Of a stretch of 64,000 bases of DNA, positions 35,183 to 47,100 are shown one piece after another. The translations under genes were made by a program, and so were the position numbers. The notes beneath the pieces are model-generated. The model worked only from the letters and a program-made list of their open reading frames with translations, was not told the DNA's origin and ran no database searches. The stretch is from a virus. Location of the stretch: positions 1 to 64,000 of the IMG/VR virus record IMGVR_UViG_3300009151_000043; one strand, written 5' to 3'. Position 1 is the first letter of the stretch. The number at the start of each line of letters is the position of its first letter.

Positions 35183-36115
35183 TTATACTGTTGGGGTTAA
35201 ATTAACTGGCGCACACAAGTCTGTTGATTGGAAGGATAATCCCACAAACAAAGAGTGTGTATTTGCAGACTCTACATAGTTGTCATCGAACGAGGCTAGC
35301 GTCTTTCCTGAAGATATAACTATATTGGATCCCGCATTCAACTTAAAATTTCCTGAAGCATCTGGAGCTATCCCGTTGATGTACGATACCAATTCGTCAC
35401 AGTCCAGATATCTGGAGGGTATGAACGAGGCGGTACAATTCATCTTTAAACCATAAGAAGTACTGATCTCCAAGTCAATAAGTTCATTGTAAATATTTAC
35501 TCTAAAGTTATATCCCTCAAGGAAAGTTACATCTCCGCTCAGAACACTCACCATAGGCGCATCCTCCAAAGGGAGCAGCGGCTCTTGCGTTACGTTTTCC
35601 TGCTGTTTGCTTATTTTTTCGGGAGAGGCGCTTACGGTATGTACACCTAGCCAAGCATCACTAAACTGAGTAACAGTGGATGGCTCTACAGGTATATTCA
35701 GCGAAACCACTTGATCTTGCGTGTAGTTGTTTAAGAAGTCTTTGACTCCTTCTCCAAAGACAGCTAGGCAGCCTTGAGAATTACGCACATACGCTGGGTA
35801 GCTCGCAGCATCAGCATGACTTAGACTGAATATGGCTAGTGTCTGCGTGGCTGTACCGAAGGTGACAGTGACTGTGTTGGTTGAATTGCTCGTGGCTGAG
35901 AGTAATTTCACTGGCACACTCACCTGTAGGGTGTGTCCGCTAGGGGCTGTTATTTCAGCCATGAGAGGCTCCACGGTCACTAGCTGCAGGTCCAGTAAAA
36001 AATTATCTGGTAACGTCCAGGATGAACCGTAAGCGGTTACAGTCTTGTTTGCGCTATCCAATAAAGGGTAGGCTCGTAGCTCATTCTCGTTAAGCCAGTC
36101 TAGTACCTGTTCCAT
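35183..36115 (-). CDS. Tail/baseplate-associated protein, N..YP paralog family
   Basis: WLNENELRAYPL...FLLDL; VSYINGIAPDASGNF. Confidence 0.7.
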   Translation of the reverse strand: MEQVLDWLNENELRAYPLLDSANKTVTAYGSSWTLPDNFLLDLQLVTVEPLMAEITAPSGHTLQVSVPVKLLSATSNSTNTVTVTFGTATQTLAIFSLSHADAASYPAYVRNSQGCLAVFGEGVKDFLNNYTQDQVVSLNIPVEPSTVTQFSDAWLGVHTVSASPEKISKQQENVTQEPLLPLEDAPMVSVLSGDVTFLEGYNFRVNIYNELIDLEISTSYGLKMNCTASFIPSRYLDCDELVSYINGIAPDASGNFKLNAGSNIVISSGKTLASFDDNYVESANTHSLFVGLSFQSTDLCAPVNLTPTV

Positions 36116-36118
36116 AAG

Positions 36119-36856
36119 TTAAGATATAAGTGTTGGTAGCAAAAAGCTTGTGCTTGGTGTACCCGCCACGAGGTCTACATATAGTGACGCCGCGTTACGT
36201 GAAGTTATCTTTATCACGTCGTTTGAGGCTAGATTAATATTATTATTGATAGGTCTCACCAAATTTATCTGCCGCAACCCATTAACTGGAGGACCATCAC
36301 CACCAGGGGAGCTTGTTGAGATTGCATGACCATAGACAGCATTAAAGGTCAGTGCGTTTAGTTCTGTGGAAACATTATAGAATATTGCTTTGTCCTCTAG
36401 GGTTCTGCTTAATTGTACGTCTCCGTAATTTGAGTCTAGTGTGTAGACGGCGTCCTTGGATGGAATGGAGCTCGTGGTGTTGGCTGCAAAGGGAGCATTA
36501 TAGATTAACTCGCGACCTACATAGTTATCCCACAAAATATTAACCCCCGAACCGAAAGTCACAACACCCATATATCGGCTAGCGTCATCATTATAGAGTC
36601 TGAGACTACGATACTCGTCACCAAGCTCGTAGACTTCTTTATAGAGTGTGGCTGGCAGGCTTGCACCATAGTCAAATGTGAGTGTGATGATTATATTGTC
36701 AGCGTTAACTTTCACTTTGTTCAGTACTGGAGTAAACCCGTCAAACTGTACGAACTTGGCATCGACCAGAAAGTCTTGAACGTCTAGATCAAATGCGAAT
36801 GGATAGCTTGTTAGCCCGTTTTCATTTTGCCAGCTTAATGGGTTGTATAATGCCAT
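36119..36856 (-). CDS. Tail/baseplate-associated protein, N..YP paralog family
   Basis: WQNENGLTSYPF...FLVDA; LRQINLVRP. Confidence 0.7.
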   Translation of the reverse strand: MALYNPLSWQNENGLTSYPFAFDLDVQDFLVDAKFVQFDGFTPVLNKVKVNADNIIITLTFDYGASLPATLYKEVYELGDEYRSLRLYNDDASRYMGVVTFGSGVNILWDNYVGRELIYNAPFAANTTSSIPSKDAVYTLDSNYGDVQLSRTLEDKAIFYNVSTELNALTFNAVYGHAISTSSPGGDGPPVNGLRQINLVRPINNNINLASNDVIKITSRNAASLYVDLVAGTPSTSFLLPTLIS

Positions 36857-36862
36857 AGTATA

Positions 36863-38182
36863 TTAGGTTACGCTGTAGTACATTATTACTGTCTCCGCCC
36901 CTGCCTGCCCTGCCGAGTTAACTGCCCTTATTTTTATACCGTAGACGCCGCTAGGCACATGCCTGAGGATGATTGGGCTTTTATCTGTCCCTGAGCTTAG
37001 AAACGCAGTGAACTCTTCCCCAGGAGGGCTGATAGCATACTCATAGTCAGTGATAGTGTGCGCACCATCATTCACAGGAGGAACAAAAGAAATGACTAGC
37101 TCTCCGGGTGCAGGAGCTCCGGCGTTTGTCGAAGGTAAAACTGTAGGTACTGAAGGTGCCGTGAGCCGCCAATAAGCATAATACTCACTTTTTACAAATT
37201 GCGGCCAGTAATAAAACTCAGGTTTTTCTGTGGTATTAAAGTTGCCTGATAGTCTTGGAGGTATTGCGTAAGGGTAGCTACTCAACTCCTGGGTGGTTAG
37301 AAGCTCAGGTTTGCTATAGTACAGGTCCTGTGTTCCTGTGGAAGCTACGGTAAACCCTCGAATATCTTGAGGCGGAATCAATTTATGTTTCTGCGTACAC
37401 AAGCTAGCCAAGGATATCCCCTCAGTAGCTAGCGCTACCACTCCGGCTTGCCCAGGTATGCCGTAAAACACTACAGGTTTTACCCCCACTAAATATATGT
37501 TTGCATCATTTGCGTCATGGGCGTCTTCTGCGCTAGATGACGGATATACGCCATTGATATTAGTGATGGTGGGTGTGCTGCAATTACTCAGATACGTGGA
37601 CTTATCTACCAGGTTTTTAACTGCAGACGGAGTCAAAGCGTAAAGACGCGTACTACCTATTTGCGTTGTTTTTGCTACATTTGTAAGTATTCCAAAGTTT
37701 ACTCGCCCTCTCAGCTCGCTACCTTTCTTGTCACGTATGCTTGTTACGGCAGGATGGGTATAGCAAAATATTGTAGACTCTTCAAACTCTGTACTTTCTT
37801 TAGGGAAGTTGAGTACCCTACTCACTGAACTCAGCGATTCTAGTGTGCCTAGTGTTAGACTGCCTGACACAAAACGTATGAAGGGTGTGAGCTGCAGTGT
37901 GCTGTATGCTGTGGCCGCCTTGGTAGCAAAAATACCAACGACCTGATCATCCTGTTGAGGGTCTGAGGATATAGTAGCTACAGCTATTCTAAGTACTGGA
38001 GCACTATAAAATATCTGCTTTATATACAGTCTGTGTTTTCCTAGCTGCGAGGTTAACGAGCAGTCTACTATCAACTCATCAGAGAGTAAGTATCCGTCGT
38101 CAGATAGTGATGCTGCCCCCTGCTTAAAGGGATACTTCCTAAACTGATTTTTATTTAATCTTTGAAGACTGAGGATACTCAT
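36863..38182 (-). CDS. Tail/baseplate-associated protein, N..YP paralog with C-terminal FN3 domain
   Basis: LNKNQFRKYPF...LIVDC; ITNINGVYP; FN3 FVPPVNDG..ITDYEY...YGIKIRAVNSAG. Confidence 0.72.
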   Translation of the reverse strand: MSILSLQRLNKNQFRKYPFKQGAASLSDDGYLLSDELIVDCSLTSQLGKHRLYIKQIFYSAPVLRIAVATISSDPQQDDQVVGIFATKAATAYSTLQLTPFIRFVSGSLTLGTLESLSSVSRVLNFPKESTEFEESTIFCYTHPAVTSIRDKKGSELRGRVNFGILTNVAKTTQIGSTRLYALTPSAVKNLVDKSTYLSNCSTPTITNINGVYPSSSAEDAHDANDANIYLVGVKPVVFYGIPGQAGVVALATEGISLASLCTQKHKLIPPQDIRGFTVASTGTQDLYYSKPELLTTQELSSYPYAIPPRLSGNFNTTEKPEFYYWPQFVKSEYYAYWRLTAPSVPTVLPSTNAGAPAPGELVISFVPPVNDGAHTITDYEYAISPPGEEFTAFLSSGTDKSPIILRHVPSGVYGIKIRAVNSAGQAGAETVIMYYSVT

Positions 38183-38197
38183 TATATTATTGCGCTA

Positions 38198-41100
38198 CTA
38201 CACGCTAAAATAGCCTACTAAGTTTTGTACACCCATTACAAGCCCTTTTGAAAGGTAGAAATCTGTATAGTATTGTAGAGAGCTGCTCGCAGTTACTCCG
38301 TAAACAGTCATAGATGTGTTGGGTCCCCAAACACTATAGTAGTCGTTGAAATTCTCTGTGTCTGTCTTGTCTACAAAGCTGATAGGGGTGTACTGGTTGA
38401 GTGCGGCGCCGTCCCACGTCCAGAATTTAGGTCTGTCGCCAGGTAAATCAAGTTTGTAGAGCGAAGAGGCCCCGTACAAATAGTCATACTTATCGTATGA
38501 CATGTCAGGACCAGGTATATTTATGCGCTTCGTGAGCGCTGGTCCCTCGTCACAGGTGGCAACCATTATAAACTCAGGTGACGCCGGATCATTCCATAAC
38601 CAAATGTACTCGTTACGACAACGTATATTGGTTGGGCGGCGCAGCAATTGGACAATACCTACTTTGTTAATATCCGAATTAACGTTGTGTATGGATAGTA
38701 CGTGGTCGTCATGGTCCGGGACTGACTGTTTGGTTGGTCCCCAGGAACACCAAGGGTCAAGTGGATACTTATCACAACCACCCAGAACCATTGTGTAATT
38801 GGGGTCCATCATGTTCCCTCTTGAAGCTTGCATATAACTATAACGACCTATCTTATAAGTATAAAGAGGTACGTTATACCTCGCGTACGGACTACTCAGA
38901 TTAATGCCGCTTGCAATTGATGAGTGATACGTTAACAATCCGTAAGTGGTAGGCCCTGACAAGTAACCCACGGAGTACGATGTGGCTGTAGCGAGAGCTA
39001 GTCTAAGCTCAATACTTATGCTTGAATAATTATCGGCATTTGCTATCGGGATGGTATAGCTGTCTACTGCAGTAGCTGTGACAACATACTTTTTAGCGTT
39101 GTCTGTAGCATTTCTGTCCCATTCGGGGCTGCTGGGCGATCTAAACTCATTTCTGTAGTTTTCTATTGCTGGCCACGGTACAAACGACAGGTCAGCTTCA
39201 GCTGAAACAGAGTGTGTGCCTGCTTTATCCCAAAAGTGCAACCTATAATAATACTTGGAGTTATAAGAGTCCCAGTCGGGGCTTTCTTTGAAAAAATTCA
39301 TGTTGAGCCGGGACAGCTGGAATTTAATACTTGCTCTGTCATCCCCTAGGCCTAGTGCTCGCACAAATGGCGGTGCAGGTATTGGCGGAGCAAGCAATTT
39401 GATGGCGCTAGTCGCAGTTATGGTTCTTCCAACATATGTAATCTGTCCGTTATATATCTGCCCTCCATACATCGTCCTTATCTCCTTGGATGGAAGAATG
39501 CCTGGAGTACGGTGCGCCTTATAAGATGCTGCGTATACCTCACGGTAAGAACGATTACTTAATACTGTCTCAGGTTGTAATTGCGCTTTGGTGAACACGC
39601 CTGTAGATATTTCCCCAAAAAGATATAGTGTTATATCCTCCCCAGACTCATAAACTCCAGGCAATACGTAATTGTTGAGGTTAGTTGCAACTACCGTTGT
39701 AAAACTACCTGCTGGTGCCTTAGCGTTTACTATTTTTACTTTTGTACCTGCAGGGTCATTCACAGCCAGCCATATAGCGGTATCCTCGTAATATGTAATA
39801 TGTAAGTTTACAGTGATTGTCATTTTACACCCTTGCGGATGGTAAATAAACGATGGGCTGCCTGCTGATGTAACACCTGCACTTACGGCAACGATAGTGG
39901 CCTCGCAAAGCGGTATTGCGTTAGGGTTTTTGATATAAGCTGCCTGAGAATTTCCTACTGAGCTGGTCGTGTACACCTTATATATGCTCGGGAACGCATA
40001 ACCTAGAGTTGAGTCTACCTCTAGCCTGTTAGGCTGCAGATAATCGTAATCGCTTCTGTCTGCGTATTTTCTCACAAGGTAAGTCGTGGTTACCGGCGGA
40101 GACACGCTATTATCGGTTTTCGTCGCAGTGTCTATCGAAAAAGTGTAATCCGAATACACGAAGGTATAGCTGTAGCGCAATTCATAAGTATCGGTGTTTA
40201 AAAGCGAAGGCACATACGTGGAGGGTCCGGTGCCCCCAGTTATATAGTTTATTTGTATACTGCAACCGGCGTCAATCGTTAGAGCTCCCTTTGACCCAGG
40301 CAAAGAGACATACCCCTCTATCACATGGCTGTAGTCTTCGCCTTCGCCTATAGCGTAACCTGTCTTACCCACCACTTCTCCCTTTTTCCATACTCCCCAT
40401 CCAGTATCTTTGGCTCCATTGTCGAGGCCTGGAATTATGCTTATGTGTGCGGGGCTATTTGTGAAACTGTCGAACGCCGGATTATTGGTGAATGATAGGC
40501 TTGGTGCGCTGGGAGGAAGAGGTATCCTTACGTTGTTAAATGATGGTGTATGTGTGAAGTCGCCTCCGCTAGCAAGCAAGTCTATTTTATGATTAGTGTG
40601 ATCAGAAGTAGGCAAATTAATCACACCAACTAGCTTAAATAACTCTGCTCCTGGAGGATTGGCTCCTACGCTGGCCGGTTTATTTACAGTAGGCAGATTA
40701 CTGACGAGAGTTATCGAGCTGTCTTGAGTTAACGGTAAAAATGGTCCGTTATCTATGCTGTAGCTTCTAGATGAAATTTGCGTAATCAGCGCGGCTTCCT
40801 CGTTATATGAAAAATATTTGTAAGAGTAGGCATACACACCAAGCTTGCCAGGTGCGACAGGAATTATACGGTAGCTCTCTATTGCAAGAGAGCGTAGAGC
40901 TAAAGGACTCTTTGGTGATGCTGCAGACTTGCCTACTGAGTTATAGGCTTGAATACTCACTCCAGCTGTTTTTGAATTATTATATAGCCCGTGGGACCCT
41001 GCGTCATCGAAGGGTAAGACATATACTGTTTGATTTGGGTCAGTTATATTTACATCGAAACCAGGGAAGTTAATAGTGTACCCGGTAGCTCCCCGTACTT

Positions 41101-44100
41101 TGCTCCAGGATACAGTTAGTATACTTACAAAACTTCCTGGCAAACCGTACCATTTCCACTCATCAAAAACGTTTACTGGTCCTGGGTTACCTGGAGCGTA
41201 TGTGAGTGTCGGGGCTGTTGGTTGGGCTGGGATTACTGATAGCATTATGCTTTTAACGCCAGACGATAATGACCCTGTAGTATTTTCTGCAAAAACCTGT
41301 ATGTCGTAGTTTCCAGAGTAGAATGGTTCTCCGTTATTGTCTTTTATAACACAGGATAAAGAGGTAACAGGACTACCCTCGTACGAGGACGGTATCATGA
41401 ATCTGTTCGGGGCGCTGTCGCTGGGTGTTATGTAGACACCATATGGCTTCGCTATGGTCTGTATAGAGACTGCGCTAGCATGATTTGCGAGACTTTGCGG
41501 AGGGCCGCCATTAATTGTGTAGTAGTGTAGTGCTGGGGTGTTTCCGCCAGCGGAACTAGGAGGAACCAAGCGTAAGACTACCCCTATAAACCCCCATACA
41601 TTATTCTGCCAGTCAATCCACCCATCTAGCTGGTACACAGACCCTCTCCACCAGGTGGTGTCAAAAAATTGTGTAGCTAAATTTCCGTAGGGCCTTACTG
41701 CATTAGATATTACTGAGCGCCCTGAAGTGTGGTCAATAAATGGGTACTCGGCTGTGGGGTTACCTGCTGTAGCTAGCTGTACAGTCACCACGTAATCTTC
41801 GCTCTCGGATAGCTGTGTAGAGTTATCATAAACCGGGAAAGCTGGATTGACGCTGTATATAAACGCTCGTGTAGTGATGGGTGCGCCAGAATACGTAGCG
41901 TCAGCCACAACAGCGCTCGGACCAAACCCGTGAGCGTCTCCGTCGTAACTAAATGGGTACTCTGAATTGCTGTATGTGCCAGGGGCGTAGCTAGCGCGAT
42001 AAACTTTATAATTGATTGCGAGATTGCCTGCCCCTCCATCACTCCCAGGGCCACTAAGTGTGAGGCATAGTGCGCCATGTCCTGCAGGAGTAGCGCATCT
42101 AGCTATTATGGGTACGGTGGATGGAGGGTTAACTACATATTTAAATTTCCTTAAAGGTAGCCCGTGATCTGGTAATGGTCTGGAATATTTTGGGTCATTG
42201 AGATTAAATGCGTATGTCCAGTCTCCCCAGCCATTTAAGCTATTTTCAGCTCTGCAATAAGTCTGTAGGTTAGAACCTGCAGGGGGTAGCGCTGCCGTGA
42301 AATCCAAATATTTATCGTGTCCTCCTGCCGCAGGAGGTATTACGCTGCTAGCAGGAAAGGTTTGCACATACTCATCAAATGTTTGTGAGGAGTAATTTAC
42401 CAGCTTGACAGCATAATTGATTACTGAGGATCCTCCTGAAGAGAGGGCGGTCCCTATAGTTCCAGGTTCAAATGGGATGCGGATGCCGTCACTGCCTACA
42501 GAAATCGGTAGTGTTTGTGCGGATAGTTGCGGCGGAACAGGCTTACTGTTGGCTGTTATGGCTGCGGCGGATGCTGTGGCTGTAGGTCCGGACCCAGAAA
42601 GATTGGTAGCTCTGGCTTTTATGGCGTAGGTTTTCCCTGCCACTAGTGAACCAGAAGCAGGAAATTTAAAGCTTACATGTTTTGCAGTATACTCACCTGC
42701 CTGCAAACTTGTAAGGAATACGTAGCCCTGCTCAATAAATATGTTATCTTCAGTCAGCCAACCAGTATTAAAATCTTCAAAACTGAATGCTATTGCAGAG
42801 TCATCACTAGAGTTGTAGGTTATATCGACTTGCAGAGCCCCTGGTAGCGGTGTGAGTAAGAGTGTTGGTGCTCCAGGTAGCGGTTCTTTGGGTGTTGCAT
42901 ATAGGGTTGGACCTACTGAGCTTTGACCATACTTATTGGTCATGTAAACATTCACAGAATAGTTTATGGTGTTATTCCAAAGTGGATCGCTAGTGTAATT
43001 GATGTCGAATAACCCATCAACATGTAAAAGGTCGTCAGGTACTCTTATACGGTTTGCAGCTATGGCTGAAGGTTTCACAGGTCGGGGCCCCCAGTCGTCG
43101 ACTTCTACATAATAATTAAGTACAGGAATCAGAGAATCTGTGGGATTTGGAGCTATACACAAATCAAAGTTATGGTCACCTTCCGCGCAGACCCTGTATA
43201 CTGGAGGCTGAGGTGGTGCGTGCATCTCTACAGTAATAGCCTTTGGTGTGGCTGGACCATCCCCAGCTGCTGTACTTGCTCTAAATTTAAGCAGAATCAC
43301 CCCTAGCGGTAACCCGCTAACGGTGAAGGTCCGCTGTGTGCTTTGGGCCACGTAGGCTCCGCCGTTAATAGACATCTTGTATGTTACTCCCACTCCTGTT
43401 GGGTGAGATGCTGGGGGAGCGACTGTAACAGTTATCGTTCCTGCCCCAGTGACCTCTGCTGTCACACTAGGTAGTGACGTCGGTAGGGTGTCCTGTGCCC
43501 TTACCACTAAAGCTAGCGGCTTCCCTTTACCTTCAGCGCATTCTGCCACAATGTCTATAGGGTAGTCCACAGCTTCAGCTAGGTTGATTAACACAACTGG
43601 TGCTGTGGCGGAAATAATTCTTGTGTATGTGTCTCCTCCGTTCCTGGTGTAATAATACCCTGTTACTGGCGAACTTCTGGATGTAGCATCGCGGTTAAAA
43701 GAAATCGTTACCTTCTTAATCCCGCGTAATATAGATATAAGTGATGGGGCACCTGGGAGCTCCTTAGCAGTAAATGTCAGGCTTTCGGAGGCGGGGCTCA
43801 CAAACCCATACTCGTTCACAGCTTTTAGTTGAATTGTGTACTGCTCACCTATAGTGAGCGCGTAAAGATAGGTACCTATTCTGAAATGCATTAATGGGTT
43901 ACCAGCAAGCAAGGCACCTATAAAAGTGTTCACATAGTTGATACTCTCTCCTTCGAAGACGCTCGTTATACCTACCACATCGTTGCGTACAGAAACCCAG
44001 TCATCAGATATGGGGGGATTGTACGGGTTGGTACTGGTCAGTAGCATTTCAAAGTCTATTAAACGTCCTCCTCCGTCGTTCAGAGGTTTATGTAGCTGTA

Positions 44101-47100
44101 TCATTGGTCGGCTACCGTTCGGAGCTATCGATACTCCTGGAGCTATGAAGTCTTCCCAATCCCAGTTAGCTAGGTCTGTGGGTGTGATATATGGTGCTGT
44201 TGGCGCACCTATCACTTTGGTGGTTAATTGCGCTGAAGTGGCGGAACGCCCTCCAGGGTTGACTGCCCGTAATACAACACTATATGTGACACCGTTTGTT
44301 AAACCGGATAGTGTTAATGGGCTAGCTGTGCTATTTATCCTTAGGAATTCTGTGGGTGCGGTTCCGTCTGTGGTGTATGCCCACTCATAATACGTAGGAG
44401 CCTCGAGAGCTAACCCTCCTGGAGGTAACATAAAGTAGGCTTTTAGCGAAGATTCTGCACTCAGTAAGTTAGGCATTACCACATCTCGTGGAGGGCGTAT
44501 GGTTCTGCAGGTGTAGGGAGCTGTTGCAAGACCGAATCCGTGGAGGCTGTTCGCTGCCTTCAATCTTACGTTATATAGGGTATCTCCGTTCAGACCTGTC
44601 ACGGAGATATGCCACCCAGGAAAACCTGACGCACTCCAATGCAGTCCTGAAGACACGTATACAGGTGTAGCGTCACCTATCGAGACAGCGTATTGTACGT
44701 CTGAAATGTTTGTTTCTCCACTACTTATGCCGTCGCCATCTAGGAATGCGAAGAATATGTCTAATGCCCCTGTATCAGCTACATAATTGTTGCCTCCTGC
44801 ACCGTCGGGTTGTGCATAACCTTGCACATAATTTATTGTTGGTGCTGCAGGAGCGCCTACAGGAGTAGCTGTAGCCACTAGGGACTCGTCACCATCGCTT
44901 ACAGCTCCTACCGCTTTAAGCTTTACGGCGTATTTTATACCATTGCTTAGGTTACTGACGACTATAGGGCTAGCTATCGAATTAACTAGCACGTACTCAG
45001 CGGACAAAGGGGGCGTGTCAGTATACGCAGAAAATCTATATATTATATATTTGTATGCCGTGATAGCTGCTGCCGCACTATTTGCTGGCGGTGTGAAATT
45101 GATGCTTACACTTTCCGGTGTGGCCTCTACCGACGTAATGGTTGGTGCGGTTGGTTTAGCTAATAGTCCGCCAGTTACAGCTGATGATGCGAGGCCGGCA
45201 CCCTTAGAATTAATTGCTCTAATACGTATCGGATACGCTGTACCTCTAGTTAATCCTGAGGAAATAACTATAGGTGATGCTGTTGATGGTGGGGAAACGT
45301 TGGTGTAACTAGCTCCATCATTAATGCTGTAAGCATAATTTGTAACAGCATTAATTCCTTCCGTATCGGGAGGTGTGAAATTCACCGCAACAGATGATAA
45401 CGCTGGGGTAATGCTAGTTATTGTGGGCTCTTGCGGTACACTCCCATAGCCTACAGATACAGCAGCTGATTCTTGTCCTCTGCCTAGCGCGTTGATAGCT
45501 GCCACCCGGACAACATACGTGGTTCCATAGGTTAAATTAGATACGACTATGGGTATTGTTGTAGTTGGTGGGTAGAGCGTCACATACGTCGCTCCGTCAT
45601 CTAAACTAAAAGCGTAATTTATTACTGGGCTGCCGTTGTTGTTTTCAGGTGGGGAAAAGTTGAGTGTTAGTGTTGAGACTGTAGGTGTGACTGTCAGTCG
45701 CAATGGTGCGCTAGGAGTTCCTGCAGGTGCGGCAGACACTGAGGCGGAGGGCTCGCTCTCTCCATTCACATTAACAGCTTTGAGTTTTATACTATATGTT
45801 ACTCCTGAGGCCAAGGGAGTCACACCGTCAGCTAATGTGGATACATATATAGGAGTGTCTATTTTACCTGCATAAACATAGACTCCATTATTTATAGAAT
45901 ATTTGTAGTTTGTTATGCTGGACCCTCCGTTATTCGTTGGTGGAATAAAACGAACGATGAGCTTTTCTCTAGCACTATCTACAGAGGTGATTGTGGGCGC
46001 GGTAGGTACAGATGCAGGCGTAGCAAAAACTGCTGAAGATTGCGGGCCCGAACCTACACCATTAACTGCACGTAATCTTACTTTGTATGTGACCCCATTA
46101 ATTAAATCTGATAAGTCTGCAGGTGATTGTGTGATGTCAATACCGTCCACGTAGTCTGTTACTGTCTCACTCCATGCGGTGCCGCCATCTACGCTATATT
46201 GATAGCCTACTATAGTGTCTCCTCCGTCGCTAGCTGGTGGTGTGAATGCCACAGTTAACTTCTCACTGTACGGGAGAATGCTGGTTATTTTGGGGGAATC
46301 TGGTGCGCTAGAGTATTTTCCTACAAAATTGACGTCAGTCAAATTTGCTGTATCTGTGGTGAGTATTATATTTTGAGGTGTGAAGGCATATCTCGTAGAC
46401 GATGGTGTCAGCAGCACAGAGCTGTGTTGATAGACAAATATAGAATAAAAGCCAAAAATGTCTGTCGTAGCTGTGTGTCCTTTACCATCAGTCAGCACTA
46501 TGTCTGCCAGCGGAGCATTGTCTGTGTCCGCTATTGTACCACTAGCTAGCACTAAGGGTCCTTCTGTCTTAAAGTTTGCGGCAGCTACGGAAGCATTGGA
46601 TATAACTACTGCTTTAAACCTCGGGGTTATACTATAACCTGCCTTATGGGCGACAAGGTTGTATACCCCTTTTCCGAAGCCGTTAAAAATAAAGTTGCCC
46701 TGATCATCTGTCGTGGTCTTGTATATGCTTCCATTCACGTCGATAGTTACACCTGCGGTAGGGAAGCCTGTTGCCTGGTCGGTTATTTGTCCTGCCAAGG
46801 AATACACGTTTTCCAATACTTGAACTATAATGGTTAGCGTGTCATAACCGTGATGCAGCGTCGTTGCGACGATTTTTACAGTATATGTTCCTAGCGTTGT
46901 ACCTGTCCCACTAAGCACGTTATCAACTAAAGATAATCCTGCTGGTAAAGCCGTAGCGGAAAAACTGATGGTGTCTCCAGCCTCCACGTCACACACGACA
47001 ATTGCGAGAGAGCTGCTGGCTGTAGTGAGAAACGAGGTTGTGCTATTGATTTCTGGGGACAATATACTGACAGGTACAGCTACAACGCAATTAACCGGAG